Positions 9,113 through 18,716 of a DNA stretch of 64,000 nt are shown here, in pieces (within the stretch, counting starts at the first letter, position 1; each line of letters starts with the position of its first letter). Source of the stretch: Candidatus Peregrinibacteria bacterium (GTDB taxonomy: Bacteria; Patescibacteriota; Gracilibacteria; UBA1369; JACRIC01); the NCBI GenBank assembly GCA_016188705.1, contig JACPHH010000009.1:98091-162090 (forward strand), given 5' to 3'. A program made the position numbers and the translations under genes. The notes beneath the pieces are model-generated. The model did no database searches. It had not been told where the DNA came from and saw nothing but the letters and a program-made list of their open reading frames with translations.

Positions 9113-9118
9113 TTTTTT

Positions 9119-9721
9119 ATGTTTAGGAAATTTTTGAAAAACACTCTTTCGACTGCGAATGCAAAGATTCGGCTGCGAACGTTTCATTTTTTCTTTCAAT
9201 ATGTGAAATGGATGATTTTTGGAATATTTTTTATTTTCATCGTATTGTTTTTTATTTTTTTTGTTTTTGGTTATTGCCGATACGGAAGTTTCGATGGAAA
9301 TCGCGGTGAAGTCGTTATTCAGACGCCGGTTACGGAATTTCTCATTTCCGCGGAAGTGGCTGATACTTCCGAAAAACGCGCGAAGGGGCTTATGTATCGG
9401 GAAAATTTACCGGATGAAATGGGCATGCTTTTTATTTTTGAAGAAGCGGGTATTCGCAATTTTTGGATGAAAAATACACTTATTCCTCTTGATATAATTT
9501 TTCTTTCGAGTGACAAGAAAATTGTAGGAATTTCCAATAATGTCCAGCCTTGTTCAGATGATTTTTGTCCGTATATTTCATCCGAGGAACCGGCACAATA
9601 TGTATTGGAGGTTCGTGGTGGTTTCGCGGCTGAAAATAGCATTGAAGTCGGCGATACGGTACAATTTACCTATCCTTTCGCGAGAAAATGGCTGTCTTGC
9701 GGTTCCCGTTATTTACGATAA
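9119..9721 (+). CDS. DUF192-family protein with N-terminal transmembrane segment
   Basis: KRAKGLMYRENLPDEMGMLFIF....FWMKNTLIPLDIIFL.....YVLEVRGGF matches the DUF192 pattern. Hydrophobic stretch IFGIFFIFIVLFFIFFVFG near the N-terminus. Confidence 0.8.
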   Translation: MFRKFLKNTLSTANAKIRLRTFHFFFQYVKWMIFGIFFIFIVLFFIFFVFGYCRYGSFDGNRGEVVIQTPVTEFLISAEVADTSEKRAKGLMYRENLPDEMGMLFIFEEAGIRNFWMKNTLIPLDIIFLSSDKKIVGISNNVQPCSDDFCPYISSEEPAQYVLEVRGGFAAENSIEVGDTVQFTYPFARKWLSCGSRYLR

Positions 9722-9728
9722 AAATACT

Positions 9729-10667
9729 ATGTCCAATTTTTTTTCTCTCCATCAAGCTTTTCGTGATTCACTTTTGAAACTCGGAGCGGAACATAAAAAT
9801 GTCGTTCTTTTTGATTCTGATTGTTCCCGTCTTAGCGGGACGGATGTTTTTCGGCGTCAGTTTCCCGATCGTCATTTCAACATGGGTCATTCCATGGCTT
9901 TGGCGGCAGGCATGGCGGCGGGTTTTTCGCTTCGCAGAAAAATTGTTTTTCTTTCAGGAACATCTGTTTTTATCACGGGCAAGGTGTACGAATCCATTCG
10001 CAATCTTTTTTGTTTGTCATATTTAAATGTGAAAATTGTGGCTATCGCGTCAGGTTTTTCGTCAGGAAAAGAAGGCGCGGTTCATCAATCCATCGATGAT
10101 ATCGCTCTTATGCGTTTGATTCCGAACATGAAGGTGGTTTGTCCTGCTGATTATTTTGAATGTGTTTCGGTTTTTAAGGCCGCGGTGTCTGATTTTGGCC
10201 CAACGTATATTCGGCTTCATTCAATGGAATTGCCGGTTTTATATGACGAGACTCACCGATTTTTCTTTGGAAAATCGACGATTTTGAAGCAGGGGAAAGA
10301 TATTACTCTTTTTGCTACGGGGTCCATGGTTGTCCCTTCTTTGGAAGCGGCTTCATTTTTACAAAAAAATGGCATTTCTGTCCGCGTGGTGAATATTTCG
10401 AGCATCAAGCCTCTTGATGAAAAGCTTATTTTCGATTGCGCGAAAATTTCAAAATTCGTCGTGACCGTGGAAGAACACAGTATTATAGGCGGTTTGGGGA
10501 GCGCGGTTGCCGAAGTTTTGAGCGGACATTCGCCTTTTTTTGTTTATCGGATCGGCATTGAAGATACTTTTGGCGAATCGGGCGACACGGAAGATTTATA
10601 TGAAAAATATGGCCTTAACGCCAAAGGCATATTTAAAAGAATACAGGGATGGTTAGAAAACCTCTAA
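9729..10667 (+). CDS. Transketolase C-terminal (Pyr/C-domain) subunit, divergent
   Basis: FPDRHFNMGHSMALAAGMAAGFS, GKEGAVHQSIDDIALMRLIPNMKVVCPAD, GPTYIRL, and C-terminal EEHSIIGGLGSAV. ATG 9729 (MSNFFSLHQAF) lies inside track ORF 9540..10667. The usual GIAEQ reads GHSMA. Confidence 0.85.
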   Translation: MSNFFSLHQAFRDSLLKLGAEHKNVVLFDSDCSRLSGTDVFRRQFPDRHFNMGHSMALAAGMAAGFSLRRKIVFLSGTSVFITGKVYESIRNLFCLSYLNVKIVAIASGFSSGKEGAVHQSIDDIALMRLIPNMKVVCPADYFECVSVFKAAVSDFGPTYIRLHSMELPVLYDETHRFFFGKSTILKQGKDITLFATGSMVVPSLEAASFLQKNGISVRVVNISSIKPLDEKLIFDCAKISKFVVTVEEHSIIGGLGSAVAEVLSGHSPFFVYRIGIEDTFGESGDTEDLYEKYGLNAKGIFKRIQGWLENL

Positions 10668-10805
10668 AAAAAACATAATCCCAATATCCAGTATATTTTC
10701 CCACTGCTATTGTTTTTTATTCAAATAGCAATGGTGCGTGGGATTACATTTTCGCTACACTTCGATATGCGCTCAAATGGTAGTCTCCGCATCATTGTTT
10801 AAAAA

Positions 10806-11192
10806 TCAATTGTGATTAGAAAATCCTGATAAGTCCTTCGGGTTAATTGATTCATCCTGCATTGGTCTTTTTTCGTTTAACCCTTGACATGTCTCATAAC
10901 CCATAAAAATCCCAAGTCCAGCTATTATTAAAGCCCTAAAAAGTTCTTTGTAATTGCCACGAATGCCATTGATAATGGTTCCTTTTGATCTTTCCGCGTC
11001 ACCTTTTTTCCCTAGTTTATCAGTAGATCTTGCGGTCGGCATATAAAATGCTCCGTGTTCATTGTTTACAGGTGTTCTTCTTCCACCACCTTCCCCTATT
11101 TTTTTATCAGTATGTCTATCAGTAGGCCTATAGGGTTTTCTTGGATTTTCCATAAAAATTTTGTTTAAAAACTTATTTAATGACATATTCAA
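10806..11192 (-). CDS. Hypothetical small membrane-associated protein
   Basis: 128-aa ORF with a basic, Gly-rich N-terminal half and one hydrophobic segment (ALIIAGLGIFMGY). No recognisable family. Confidence 0.45.
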   Translation of the reverse strand: MNMSLNKFLNKIFMENPRKPYRPTDRHTDKKIGEGGGRRTPVNNEHGAFYMPTARSTDKLGKKGDAERSKGTIINGIRGNYKELFRALIIAGLGIFMGYETCQGLNEKRPMQDESINPKDLSGFSNHN

Positions 11193-11443
11193 GCGAAAAA
11201 ATGATACTATTAATTAGTTTGTTGTCAAATTTTTTGTTATTATTTTTTTTCAGTCCAATCATCAAAGCATTTTTTTATGAGGCGTTACTTTTTCAGAGGC
11301 TCCTACAATGACATTTTTTTTTAATAAAGTATTTTTTTCTTGCGAGCAGTTGCTTTCTTATATGTCGCTTTTTTTTGAGTTTCGCCGTAAAATGAAATTG
11401 AAATGAGTTTTTGGCAGGTATTTCATCAATAGCATTCAATTGT

Positions 11444-12070
11444 ATGTCCATTCATATTTCATCAAGCGCTTACTATTTGAAGATTGGAAATCGCGTGATC
11501 GATAAAATCACGAGCGATTATAATCCTCCCCGTTACTGGTTTCGGCTCAAAATTTCGGCTAAAAATCAGTCACACTATCAAGTTGACGGGCATATTACCA
11601 ATTTTTGGTGGAGTAATTTTCGGCGTGTTAAAAATTTTGATCCGCTCACTTTTTTCTGGGTTGATGAACCTCTGCAAAAGGGCGAATCCAGTCATCATGG
11701 TCTTGTACAATATTTTAAACCTGATATCCACGCGGGAACTTACGCGCTTTCGGGACTTCTTCATTCTAAGCTTCCAATGAGGCCTGTTGATCCCAATAAG
11801 CCTTTGCCTTCTGAAAATATTCCTGATGAGCAATTACCGGAAGTTGAATTAGGTCAGAGTTTGAATGAGCCTCAACATGTTCGAAAACGCCGAACATTTC
11901 CTTATGGTATTTATTACGCCGAAGTCGTTGTTACTGATCATAAAGAGAGTAAGGCTAAAAAGAGTTTTAAAATATGGGCGTTTCGCGATGCTCGTCAATG
12001 CAAAATTCGCAGCACGCGTTTTTATGAACGATGGCTTTTGACATTAAAACTTCTCCTTCCCGCTCTCTGA
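11444..12070 (+). CDS. Hypothetical protein
   Basis: Track ORF 11411..12070 (TTG); first ATG at 11444. No motifs recognised. Confidence 0.45.
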   Translation: MSIHISSSAYYLKIGNRVIDKITSDYNPPRYWFRLKISAKNQSHYQVDGHITNFWWSNFRRVKNFDPLTFFWVDEPLQKGESSHHGLVQYFKPDIHAGTYALSGLLHSKLPMRPVDPNKPLPSENIPDEQLPEVELGQSLNEPQHVRKRRTFPYGIYYAEVVVTDHKESKAKKSFKIWAFRDARQCKIRSTRFYERWLLTLKLLLPAL

Positions 12071-12263
12071 AAATTATGTGCTGCGTCGTCGGTTTTGCCA
12101 TTCCCTCGTCGCTTCTAAACATAACGTCTTAAATTATTGAACATATATCGTTTAATTTCTCCCATTACGATGGTCAAATATCTATAATACGGCTTTATTG
12201 GGAAATGGTTTACCTCCTCGCGTCGCGTCAATTTTGAGAAATTTTTATCATTTATTTCCCTCC

Positions 12264-13448
12264 ATGATATCAAGAAAATCCAAGGGCATATCGGACGCAA
12301 CCCTCTTTTACATTCATTCGGGCATATTTGCTTTTTCGGAAATTATTTTTTTGATTTCATTGCCAATTTTATTTTGGCAGCAAGGATTTTCATTAAGTTT
12401 TATTTTTGCTTTTTATGCTTTCGCGGCTTTGCCGGGATATTTTTTTACTTTGCCTCTTATTCAATATGGCCTCAAAATTCATCTTAAAAAAATACTCATT
12501 TTTGGCATCTTTTTTTATATCGCGCTCGCCATCATTTCTCCTCTTATTCAAATCAATAATGGATGGTGGATTATTGCCTTTTTACTTTTATCGCTTCAGG
12601 CGCTCTGTTATTTTCCCGCACGATATATTTATTTTTCGGAAATTGCTTCCAAAAAAACAATTGGATTTCAAACAGGAATCGTCAATGCCGTAATGATGGT
12701 CGCGAGGACTCTTGCTCCGATTATCGCCGGATTTATCGCTTTTTTTACTCAATTTAATTGGGTTTTTCTTTTCGGAGCTTTGTTCATGCTCCTTTCCATT
12801 ATTCCTATTTTTTTTATTCGAATAAAAATTCGGCATTCTTGCCAAACGGAAGTTTTTCATGCCATGCGTAAAGAACATCCCGTTTTTAAAAATACGCAAG
12901 CAACCTATATTGCCGCAGGGATGAGCGGAACGCTTTCTTATTTGCTTTGGCCGCTTTTGTTTTTCTTGCTTCTCAATCAAAGTGGTTATTTCGGTCTCAC
13001 TTCTCTCATGACGGTGACGTACGGTATTTCAGCGATCATTATGCTCATCGTGGGTCATTTTTTTGATCGCCAGCATAGAAAAATGCTCCTCAAGGGTTCC
13101 GTAATGTTCAATATTCTGGCAACTTTAGGACGTTTCGCGCTGTTATTTTTTCATCCTTTGCTTTTTGTGTATGGAATTCAATCGTTGTATTCGTTTACCG
13201 AATCGGCGCTGCAATCAACATTTGAAGGTTATTTATTTTCGTACAGCAAAATCACCAATACTGTGTTTTTTACCATCCATAGAGAAATGAATAATGCTTT
13301 AGGTCGTTTTTTCGCGGGAGCAATTTTGGCGCTTGCCAGTTTTGTTTTTACAGATATAAAAATTTTGTGGTTTTTTTTCCTTGTCAATATTCCCGTTGTA
13401 TTGATTTATCTGCGTAAAGGAAAAATTGATTATTATTTAAAAAAATAA
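12264..13448 (+). CDS. Polytopic membrane transporter (MFS-like)
   Basis: About 395 aa with roughly 10-12 hydrophobic segments throughout. ATG 12264 (MISRKSKG) inside track ORF 12198..13448. The family assignment rests on topology only. Confidence 0.6.
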   Translation: MISRKSKGISDATLFYIHSGIFAFSEIIFLISLPILFWQQGFSLSFIFAFYAFAALPGYFFTLPLIQYGLKIHLKKILIFGIFFYIALAIISPLIQINNGWWIIAFLLLSLQALCYFPARYIYFSEIASKKTIGFQTGIVNAVMMVARTLAPIIAGFIAFFTQFNWVFLFGALFMLLSIIPIFFIRIKIRHSCQTEVFHAMRKEHPVFKNTQATYIAAGMSGTLSYLLWPLLFFLLLNQSGYFGLTSLMTVTYGISAIIMLIVGHFFDRQHRKMLLKGSVMFNILATLGRFALLFFHPLLFVYGIQSLYSFTESALQSTFEGYLFSYSKITNTVFFTIHREMNNALGRFFAGAILALASFVFTDIKILWFFFLVNIPVVLIYLRKGKIDYYLKK

Positions 13449-13516
13449 TTTTTTGCTTTTATTGCTCTCGATGACACTTTCAGCTATTCTAAAAATGTCC
13501 TTATTTTTTTGATGAA

Positions 13517-14461
13517 ATGATACAGCATTCTCTCAAGCTTTTCTCCGGGTCGTCTTGTCCGGAACTCGCGCGGAATATCGCGAAGTATTTGAAAATTCCA
13601 GTTTCCGAAATGATTCTCACTCGATTTGCCTGCGGAGAAGTGTACGCGAGGCCGATTGAGAGTGTTCGAGGGTGCGATGTCTATGTGGTTCAAACAACAA
13701 CGCATAGAGTGAATGAAGATTTGATGGAACTTTTCGTGATGCTTGATGCCATGAAGCGTTCTTTTGCCGCGAAAATCCATGTAGTGATGCCGTATTATGC
13801 TTATTCCCGCCAGGATCGCGTGGCGATGCCGCGTGAGCCAATTTCCGCGAAACTTGTCGCGGATCTTATTTCCGCGGCTGGTTCGGATCATGTTATTACC
13901 ATGAATTTGCATTCGGATCAGGAACAAGGTTTTTTTGACTATCCAGTCGATAACCTTACGGCGGGCAAGATTTTTGCCGATTATTTTCGCAGTAAAAAAC
14001 TTCGGGATTTAGTGGTGGTTTCTCCGGATGCTGGCGGCGCGAAAAAGGCGAATGTTTTCGCGGATCTCATTGGAGCGGATTTGGCGATTATGCATAAAAG
14101 CCGGCCTCGTCATAATGTCGCGGAAATTAAACAAATTATCGGACATGTCGCTGGAAAAACCTGTATTGTTTATGATGACATGATTGACACTGCTGGGACG
14201 GTATGCGAAACCATGGAAGCGCTCAAGCGTTTTAAGGCGAACAAAGAAGTGTATTTAGCCGCGACTCACGCGGTTTTTTCACAGCCTGCCATTGAACGAT
14301 TGAAAAAAGCTTGTTTTCATGAAGTGGTTGTTACGGACACGGTGCCTTTAAAAAAAGATGATTGTTTTTCCGGACTAAAAGTGCTTTCCGTGGCGCCGCT
14401 TCTTGCAAAAATTATCATGAATGTGCATGACGCAAAGCCTATAAGTAAACTTTCAGAATAA
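13517..14461 (+). CDS. prs: Ribose-phosphate pyrophosphokinase
   Basis: LKLFSGSS.PELA..IA, YYAYSRQDR, NLHSDQ.QGFF, VVSPDAGGAKKA, VYDDMIDTAGT. Confidence 0.93.
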   Translation: MIQHSLKLFSGSSCPELARNIAKYLKIPVSEMILTRFACGEVYARPIESVRGCDVYVVQTTTHRVNEDLMELFVMLDAMKRSFAAKIHVVMPYYAYSRQDRVAMPREPISAKLVADLISAAGSDHVITMNLHSDQEQGFFDYPVDNLTAGKIFADYFRSKKLRDLVVVSPDAGGAKKANVFADLIGADLAIMHKSRPRHNVAEIKQIIGHVAGKTCIVYDDMIDTAGTVCETMEALKRFKANKEVYLAATHAVFSQPAIERLKKACFHEVVVTDTVPLKKDDCFSGLKVLSVAPLLAKIIMNVHDAKPISKLSE

Positions 14462-14468
14462 TTTTTCT

Positions 14469-14921
14469 ATGAATATTTATCTTGGAGCTGATCATCGCGG
14501 ATATCGTTTAAAAGAAGCTCTTAAGCAGTATTTTGAAAAAAAAGGAGAAGAATCGGCGTATTTAAAAAAATATCAACTTGTGGATCTTGGCGCTTTTAGC
14601 GAAGAATCGGTTGATTATCCGAAATTTGCTCAGGAGGTTTCGAAGCATGTGATTCAAGATTCAAATTCTTTCGGCATTTTGCTTTGCAATAGCGGAATCG
14701 GAATGAGTATCGCGGCTAATCGATTTAGAGGTGTTCGCGCCGCTCTTTGCACGGATATTACCATGGTGGAATTTTCGCGGCGTCATAATGACGCGAACGT
14801 TCTCTGTATTGCTTCGGATAAAACTTCTCTTGAAATGTTGGAAACCATGGTTGATGTTTTTTTGAATACGCCGTTTGAAGGAGGACGACATGAGCGAAGA
14901 GTGCAAATGATGGATAGTTGA
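14469..14921 (+). CDS. rpiB: Ribose-5-phosphate isomerase B
   Basis: IYLGADHRGY.LKE, GILLCNSGIGMSIAANRF.GVRAALC, SRRHNDANVLC, FEGGRHERRV. Confidence 0.93.
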   Translation: MNIYLGADHRGYRLKEALKQYFEKKGEESAYLKKYQLVDLGAFSEESVDYPKFAQEVSKHVIQDSNSFGILLCNSGIGMSIAANRFRGVRAALCTDITMVEFSRRHNDANVLCIASDKTSLEMLETMVDVFLNTPFEGGRHERRVQMMDS

Positions 14922-14950
14922 CGATAAAGTAGTGATTTTTTAGTAACAGA

Positions 14951-15592
14951 ATGACCCCTATGAAATCTATAAAAATAGCGCCTTCGATATTGTCCTGCGA
15001 TTTTGGCCGGCTAAATGAAGAAATTCGTACCATTGAGCCTTATTGCGATCGGATTCATGTGGATGTCATGGATGGTCATTTTGTGCCGAATATAACCATC
15101 GGGCCGCCTGTGGTCAAAATGATTCGTTCAAAAAAACCGCTTGAATGCCACCTTATGATTGAAGAGCCCGAACGATATGTTGAAGCTTTTGCGAAAGCAG
15201 GCGCGTCGATTATTCTCATTCATCAGGAAACTTGTCCTCACCTTCATCGTAATATTCAGCAAATAAAGGACCTCGGCCTGAAAGCCGGCGTCGCTCTCAA
15301 TCCTGCTACTTCGCTCGGGACCATTGAAGACGTTCTTGATACCGTGGACATGGTTCTTCTCATGACGGTTAATCCTGGTTTTGGAGGGCAGAATTTTATC
15401 GAGCTTGTGCTTCCGAAAATTGCTGAACTTCGTGCCATGAAGCACGATCTTGACATTGAAGTTGATGGTGGAATTACGGATAAAACGGCTCATCGCGTGA
15501 AAGAAGCTGGCGCGAATATTTTAGTTTCGGGTTCTTATATTTTTAGCTTGAAAAATCGTAAAAAAGCGATAAAATCACTTTTGAATGCGTGA
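14951..15592 (+). CDS. rpe: Ribulose-phosphate 3-epimerase
   Basis: IAPSILSCDFGRL, HVDVMDGHFVPNITIGP, HLM, MTVNPGFGGQ.F, IEVDGGI. Confidence 0.93.
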   Translation: MTPMKSIKIAPSILSCDFGRLNEEIRTIEPYCDRIHVDVMDGHFVPNITIGPPVVKMIRSKKPLECHLMIEEPERYVEAFAKAGASIILIHQETCPHLHRNIQQIKDLGLKAGVALNPATSLGTIEDVLDTVDMVLLMTVNPGFGGQNFIELVLPKIAELRAMKHDLDIEVDGGITDKTAHRVKEAGANILVSGSYIFSLKNRKKAIKSLLNA

Positions 15593-15705
15593 TTTAAGAT
15601 CCCGTCAATATTTAGAAAATTTTGATACCTATGTTTACTATTACACATTGTAAAATTTGACCGTAAATGTTTTAAATTCTCTCTCTATTTTTTTATTTTA
15701 TAATT

Positions 15706-16872
15706 ATGAAACAGATGATTATCGCTACCTTGAAGGAAATTAAGGACAATGAAAATCGTGTAGGAATTACTCCTCATGGAGTTGAAGAATTGAAGCGTTT
15801 CGGTCATCGCGTGTTGGTGCAAAAAGGCGCTGGGCTTGGCGCTGGTTTCCATGATGAAGATTATATGAATGCCGGCGCTGAAATTATGAATGATTCGGCT
15901 GAAATGGTCATGTTGGCCGATATTGTCGTGAAGGTGAAAGAGCCGCTTCCCAGTGAATATTCTCTTTTGGAAAAAATGGCCGATAAAACTTTGTATACAT
16001 ATTTTCATCTTTCAGCAGCGGATAAAGCTCTTACGGAGGCGCTTTTAAAAAATAATATCACGTCGGTTGCGTATGAAACCGTTGAAGATGAGAATGGGCA
16101 TTTGCCGCTTCTCGCTCCCATGAGTCAGATTGCCGGAGTTTTGGCGGTACAATATGGAGCGCAATATTTGCAGAAAAAATATCATGGTCGCGGCGTAACG
16201 CTTGGTCATGTTCACGGCGCTGAAATTGCACGAGTGGTGATTGTCGGTGGTGGAGTTGTGGGCGAAACCGCTGCCATTACGGTTGCGGGCATGGGAGCTC
16301 ATGTAACGCTTTTTGAAATTAACGAGGCTCGCATCGAGCAGTTACAAACTGAAATGAAACGTATCCTCGGTCCTTATCTTTATGAACATGTTGAAATAAA
16401 AAAACCTTTGGAACCTGGTTATTCCGAAGTTCTTTCCGATTGCGATCTCCTTGTCGGGGCGGTGCTTTTGAAGGGAGCTAAAGCTCCGGTCGTGGTATCG
16501 GAACAACAAGTCCATTTGATGAAACAGGGCGCGGTCATTGTTGACGTTGCTATTGATCAGGGAGGATGCGTGTGGGGTTCTCATGCCACTTCTCATACCG
16601 AGCCGATTTATGAAATTGAAGGAAAAATTTATTGCTGTGTCGCCAATATGCCAGGGCAAGTCGCTCGGCAGTCGACTCAAGCTCTTACGAGTGCGACCCT
16701 TCCATACCTTGTAAAAATGGCTAACGATGGCGTAATTGAGAGTTTGAAATCAAATGAACGGTTTGCGCGAGGGCTGAATACGTATCAAGGTAAAGTTACT
16801 TACAAATCGGTAGCTGAAGACCTAGGCCTTATGGCAAAATATGAGGAATTTGGCAAGGTCGCTTGTTTATAA
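15706..16872 (+). CDS. ald: Alanine dehydrogenase
   Basis: MIIATLKEIKDNENRVGITP, MSQIAG, VVIVGGGVVG (NAD site), VDVAIDQGG, CVANMPG. Confidence 0.92.
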   Translation: MKQMIIATLKEIKDNENRVGITPHGVEELKRFGHRVLVQKGAGLGAGFHDEDYMNAGAEIMNDSAEMVMLADIVVKVKEPLPSEYSLLEKMADKTLYTYFHLSAADKALTEALLKNNITSVAYETVEDENGHLPLLAPMSQIAGVLAVQYGAQYLQKKYHGRGVTLGHVHGAEIARVVIVGGGVVGETAAITVAGMGAHVTLFEINEARIEQLQTEMKRILGPYLYEHVEIKKPLEPGYSEVLSDCDLLVGAVLLKGAKAPVVVSEQQVHLMKQGAVIVDVAIDQGGCVWGSHATSHTEPIYEIEGKIYCCVANMPGQVARQSTQALTSATLPYLVKMANDGVIESLKSNERFARGLNTYQGKVTYKSVAEDLGLMAKYEEFGKVACL

Positions 16873-17136
16873 GAAAATTGGGTTTTTTATGAATTGAGCT
16901 TGGAAACCTTAAGAAAAGCGTAATTTTGAAAATGAAAATTGAGTCGAAAATCTGTTTTTCAGCATGTTCTTAGATTTATGTGAACGGTTTTTAGAAAGTT
17001 TTAGTGAAAAGTAGGGTGTTTTGTGCAATTTTTGTGATCCATTATTGTGGATTTTTGTTTGACAAATTATATAAAGTTTGTCATCTATATAACCTCAGTT
17101 AAATATTTAGTTAAATATTTTTTTATTTTCACTTAA

Positions 17137-18345
17137 ATGTCTGACGTAGGCGTTGACTTGAATATTCCTGATTTAAAAGAAGGAGATGATTTTATTTTAG
17201 ATATTGAGGAATTACGTTCTCAAACGAATATTGATGGTTTTTTTGGTCGTTCATTGGCTATGAAACGATTGTCGGAACAAATTAGACGCGTCGCTTTATT
17301 AGATTGTTCTGTATCCATTACAGGTGAAACAGGAGTGGGAAAAGAAGTAGTTGCTCGTTCTCTTCATGCCTTGAGTATGCGTTCAGAGGCACCATTTATT
17401 GGTGTGAATTGCGCGGCTATTCCTCAGGAATTGGCTGATTCAATGATTTTTGGTCATGTTAAAGGTTCTTTTACTGGGGCTATAAATGATCACGTAGGTT
17501 TTTTGGAACAAGCCCATACCGGGACTTTGTTTCTTGATGAAATAGGAGATTTACCTCCAGGGATTCAGGCAAAGTTATTACGCTTTCTTGATGATGGTGT
17601 AGTTCCTAGAATTGGCAGGAGTGCGCTTAAATCATGTGTTGTTAATGTTCGTACCATTATTGCATCCAATAGATCAATTAGTGACGAGAATGGAGGTTTT
17701 CGCAAGGATTTGTTTTATAGACTTCAGGGATTTCCTTTGCAGGTTCCTTCGTTGAGCGAAAGACGTGGGGACATTACTCCCCTTATATATTATTTTCTTT
17801 CATTAAAGAGTAATGGTAATACTGCTATGATGTTTCGTTCTTTTGAACCAATTTTTTCTATCTTGAATTCATATGATTGGCCCGGAAATGTTCGAGAATT
17901 GAAAAATGTTGTTGATATATTGGCGGAATATTATAATGGTCAATTGATAACTCCAGAGAGGCTTTTTGAGGTTTTTCCCAAATTAAATAACCCTTCTTCT
18001 GCAGTTTCTTTGATTCCTTTGTCTTCGTCATTAATAGATTTTGATTTTGGTTTTGACAAAGAAGGCTCTTTGAGGTTGAATGACGTTTTTGAAGCAATAA
18101 CTTTTTTTGCTTCCCGACTTGCAATATTAATAAAAAAGAGTTCGGGAACCTTTCCTTTAAGCGATTTTGGTCGTAAATTTGAGGAAGTTATTGTAGGTGA
18201 ATTTGCGAGAGATAAAACATTTTCATATAATGGTATTGCTGATAAATTGGGTTTTTCTCGTAGTGGTTTGCGTGATAGAGTGAGGAGACTTGGTGTTTTG
18301 TCTCAAAATAGGGATAGAATTTCTAGAGAGTTTAGCGACAATTGA
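17137..18345 (+). CDS. Sigma-54-interaction-domain AAA+ transcriptional activator (bEBP-like), no sensory or receiver domain
   Basis: Walker A GETGVGKE, Walker B GTLFLDEIGDL, FGHVKGSFTGA (GAFTGA position reads GSFTGA), FRKDLFYRL, YDWPGNVRELKN, and C-terminal HTH-like YNGIADKLGFSRSGLRDRVRRLG. Only about 35 aa precede the AAA+ core. Confidence 0.85.
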   Translation: MSDVGVDLNIPDLKEGDDFILDIEELRSQTNIDGFFGRSLAMKRLSEQIRRVALLDCSVSITGETGVGKEVVARSLHALSMRSEAPFIGVNCAAIPQELADSMIFGHVKGSFTGAINDHVGFLEQAHTGTLFLDEIGDLPPGIQAKLLRFLDDGVVPRIGRSALKSCVVNVRTIIASNRSISDENGGFRKDLFYRLQGFPLQVPSLSERRGDITPLIYYFLSLKSNGNTAMMFRSFEPIFSILNSYDWPGNVRELKNVVDILAEYYNGQLITPERLFEVFPKLNNPSSAVSLIPLSSSLIDFDFGFDKEGSLRLNDVFEAITFFASRLAILIKKSSGTFPLSDFGRKFEEVIVGEFARDKTFSYNGIADKLGFSRSGLRDRVRRLGVLSQNRDRISREFSDN

Positions 18346-18605
18346 GTGATTTTTGAATATTTAAAGAATTTTTTTTCATGGATTTTTGAGGAATGATAAA
18401 AAAAATATGGATTCATGTTTTTTTTCTTGACCGTGGTTTTTTTTTTACATACACTGCAGATGTTATTTGGCATTCATATGAATTATTGTTTTCAAAATTG
18501 TGTTTTTCAGAAATTTTTTAGGTTATTTTTTTTAAAAAGTCTGGACGTTAAGAAGCCTGGAAAGGTAAGGTAGTTGCTGTTTTTCGTTTTGGTATAAAGT
18601 AACTG

Positions 18606-18635
18606 CCTCATCAAAAAAGTATGAGGTATTTTTTT
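18606..18635 (+). terminator. Terminator-like hairpin in the lysC leader (possible attenuator)
   Basis: cctcat-caaaaaagt-atgagg followed by tattttttt, about 80 nt upstream of the lysC ATG within a 370-bp intergenic region. Confidence 0.35.
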
Positions 18636-18716
18636 ATGAGTTTTATTTATCACATAAGTTTATTCATTTTTTATTCAAGGATGCGTTTCAAATATTTTTT
18701 TTAATCTTTTATTTTT

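Noticed and set aside
18346-18716. Lysine (L-box) riboswitch in the long lysC leader, and likewise upstream of dapB.
   Set aside because: I could not find the AGAGGCGC start, the kink-turn/loop-E blocks or a five-helix layout. Only a short terminator-like hairpin is visible, and it is listed separately.
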